Below are positions 59,549 through 61,036 of a stretch of 61,036 bases of DNA, one piece after another (position 1 is the first letter of the stretch; each line of letters starts with the position of its first letter). This DNA comes from an uncultured Dehalococcoidales bacterium. Lineage in GTDB: Bacteria > Chloroflexota > Dehalococcoidia > Dehalococcoidales > UBA2162. The notes below the pieces were generated by a model, which had not been told where the DNA came from, searched no databases, and was given only the letters and a program-made list of their open reading frames with translations. The stretch is from assembly GCA_964489895.1 (NCBI GenBank), contig CAZBAN010000003.1, positions 1 through 61,036 of the forward strand. Direction: 5' to 3'. The position numbers and the translations under genes are program-made.

Positions 59549-60892
59549 TTGAGACTATGTGAGACAACAAAGGGTCTCCTTAAGCAATGGGACTGGGGTC
59601 TCTTTGGTCTGATATTCCTTTATATGGCGTTACCCCGGTTCTACCGTTCCTATAGCGTTTACCTGATTGGTAACGCAATACCAGATACCAACGCTCTGGC
59701 AACTGTAGCTCAATGGCAATTCATCGAACTCCTTCTTGAGGTAGTTCAGGAAACATTCGTTCTGGCTATTTTCTTTTTTGTAGGAAGAGGTTTGCAGAGA
59801 ACTGAAGGACCTGGACCACCTATCAGAACGGCATATACGTCCATACTAATTTTCAGTATTGTACTCGCAGCCGTTTTATTCTTCATGTCAGAAAGTTTCG
59901 TATCCATTATCGGTACTCCCGAAAGTATTCAGTTAATAACGTCTCAATTCCTTAAAATTAAAACTGCTACAATTCCTCTATTCCTGCTAAGTATGGCTTC
60001 TGTAATAATCGTTGAAACTGTAAATCGAAAGAAGTATTTACTGACAATCGCTATTCTTCAGGTGGTTTACCAGTTTATTTTTGATAGCCTGTTTTATGGG
60101 GGATATCCATTCTCTTTAAACCTTGGAGTACTCGGTGTTGCCTGGGCGGAGATAGCATCCGGTACCTGTCTGTTTGTAACCACCCTGATTCTGTTAAGAC
60201 ACATCATATTTGATAAGGTTAAGAGCTTTTTCGCATTCTTTACTCTCAAGGACTGGAGGGTTTATCTAAGGGTAGGTGGCTGGTCTGGTCTCGATAGCTT
60301 GGTCAGGAATGTGGCTTATTTTTTCATGATAGTCAGATTACTAAACCTACTCGGGGAAAGTAGTATTGGTGGATATTATCTGGCAATGCATATTATCTGG
60401 AGTTTCCTCCTTGTGCCGATACTGGCTCTCGCTGAGAGTACGAGAGTACTGATAGCTAACCATTCAGAAGATATTTATAGAGTTCGGCAGCTATGGTATT
60501 CAGCCTTAATCATAGGGGGAATCATTGTTGTAATATGGATTGTTCTATTACCGTTCTGGGGTGATTTTGCCGGCCTATTGAACTCAAATGTTAATATAGT
60601 AGATTTCTCCCAGAAGGCAATGGTCATTCTAATTGTCCCATACATTCTACTTGCCCTCAATATGATAACCGATAGTATATTTTATGGGGTAGGTAAGACG
60701 CAATACCAGGCATATCAGGCGATAATAACCAATGGCTCAGCGTATGTTATAGCTTTCATTTTGTATCTTAGCGGTGTCTGGACGCCAACGTTCACTTCAA
60801 TTCTTATACTCTTTGGGATTGGAATCATTGTTGATTCGATTTTAACCGTGTATTATGCGTTTAGAGTATTGTTCCCCAAGACCATCAAATGA
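59549..60892 (+). CDS. Polytopic membrane transporter, probably MATE/MOP superfamily
   Basis: 447 aa, about 12 hydrophobic segments, size and repeat organisation like MATE exporters. Confidence 0.45.
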   Translation: MRLCETTKGLLKQWDWGLFGLIFLYMALPRFYRSYSVYLIGNAIPDTNALATVAQWQFIELLLEVVQETFVLAIFFFVGRGLQRTEGPGPPIRTAYTSILIFSIVLAAVLFFMSESFVSIIGTPESIQLITSQFLKIKTATIPLFLLSMASVIIVETVNRKKYLLTIAILQVVYQFIFDSLFYGGYPFSLNLGVLGVAWAEIASGTCLFVTTLILLRHIIFDKVKSFFAFFTLKDWRVYLRVGGWSGLDSLVRNVAYFFMIVRLLNLLGESSIGGYYLAMHIIWSFLLVPILALAESTRVLIANHSEDIYRVRQLWYSALIIGGIIVVIWIVLLPFWGDFAGLLNSNVNIVDFSQKAMVILIVPYILLALNMITDSIFYGVGKTQYQAYQAIITNGSAYVIAFILYLSGVWTPTFTSILILFGIGIIVDSILTVYYAFRVLFPKTIK

Positions 60893-60925
60893 GAGATTGT
60901 TTTATAGACCGAACATACAAATTGC

Positions 60926-60954
60926 TTGACATACGGCGTAAATGTGAATACTAT
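60926..60954 (+). promoter_or_regulatory. Sigma70-type promoter for the gene starting at 61026
   Basis: TTGACA (60926-60931), 17-nt spacer, TACTAT (60949-60954). An ATG at 61026 preceded by AAAGGGGG runs off the window. Confidence 0.4.
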
Positions 60955-61036
60955 CCTTTAGGAAATAAATGAGTTCTCCTGTTTTTAGAGCTGTTTAATA
61001 TGTCTGGAATTGAAAGGGGGCAACAATGATTGAAAA

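Noticed and set aside
1-61036. CRISPR arrays, rRNA operons, transposases or IS elements, and toxin-antitoxin or known defence-system genes.
   Set aside because: I saw no regularly spaced direct repeats, no transposase- or integrase-like ORFs, and no recognisable defence-gene signatures. tRNA genes were not searched systematically and cannot be excluded.

Overview
The window is a bacterial chromosomal segment from an anaerobe. Gene content suggests Chloroflexota/Dehalococcoidia, but that placement is inferred only. Standard genetic code: TGA ends conserved genes such as metV, aspS and tig.

- **1-27.9 kb, mostly core genes.** This part holds a Wood-Ljungdahl methyl-branch block (acsC 3' end, acsE, metV, metF, DUF3786). 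A cytoplasmic-type [NiFe] hydrogenase is inserted in that block. It also holds mobA, ccdA plus a TlpA-like oxidoreductase, an acyl-CoA carboxyltransferase, holA, pdxA, a ROK kinase, alaS, ruvX, tgt, and a methanogen-type homocysteine synthesis cluster preceded by a structured leader. It ends with an acyl-CoA dehydrogenase, aspS, tig, clpP, smpB and tmRNA (ssrA).
- **27.9-55.4 kb, accessory-looking.** It begins right after ssrA, and a degenerate copy of the ssrA 3' end lies 2.8 kb downstream.
- **Main finding.** Five paralogous two-domain genes each carry an in-frame TGA at the same aligned position. Amino-acid conservation continues across the TGA, and a hairpin follows it. I read these as selenocysteine codons in an uncharacterised selenoprotein family. 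The five genes sit with three SDR dehydrogenases and two metal-binding cupins. Four of them form a divergent operon pair.
- **Also in the accessory block.** There is an orphan ABC solute-binding lipoprotein, an alpha/beta hydrolase with a Cys nucleophile elbow, an NTF2-like protein, a nitroreductase, and a complete A/V-type ATPase operon whose proteolipid has the full Na+-binding residue set.
- **55.4-61 kb.** GIY-YIG-like protein, zinc-ribbon protein, lemA, an M48 peptidase, a URO-D family protein and a MATE-like transporter.

No CRISPR array, rRNA, transposase or integrase was recognised.
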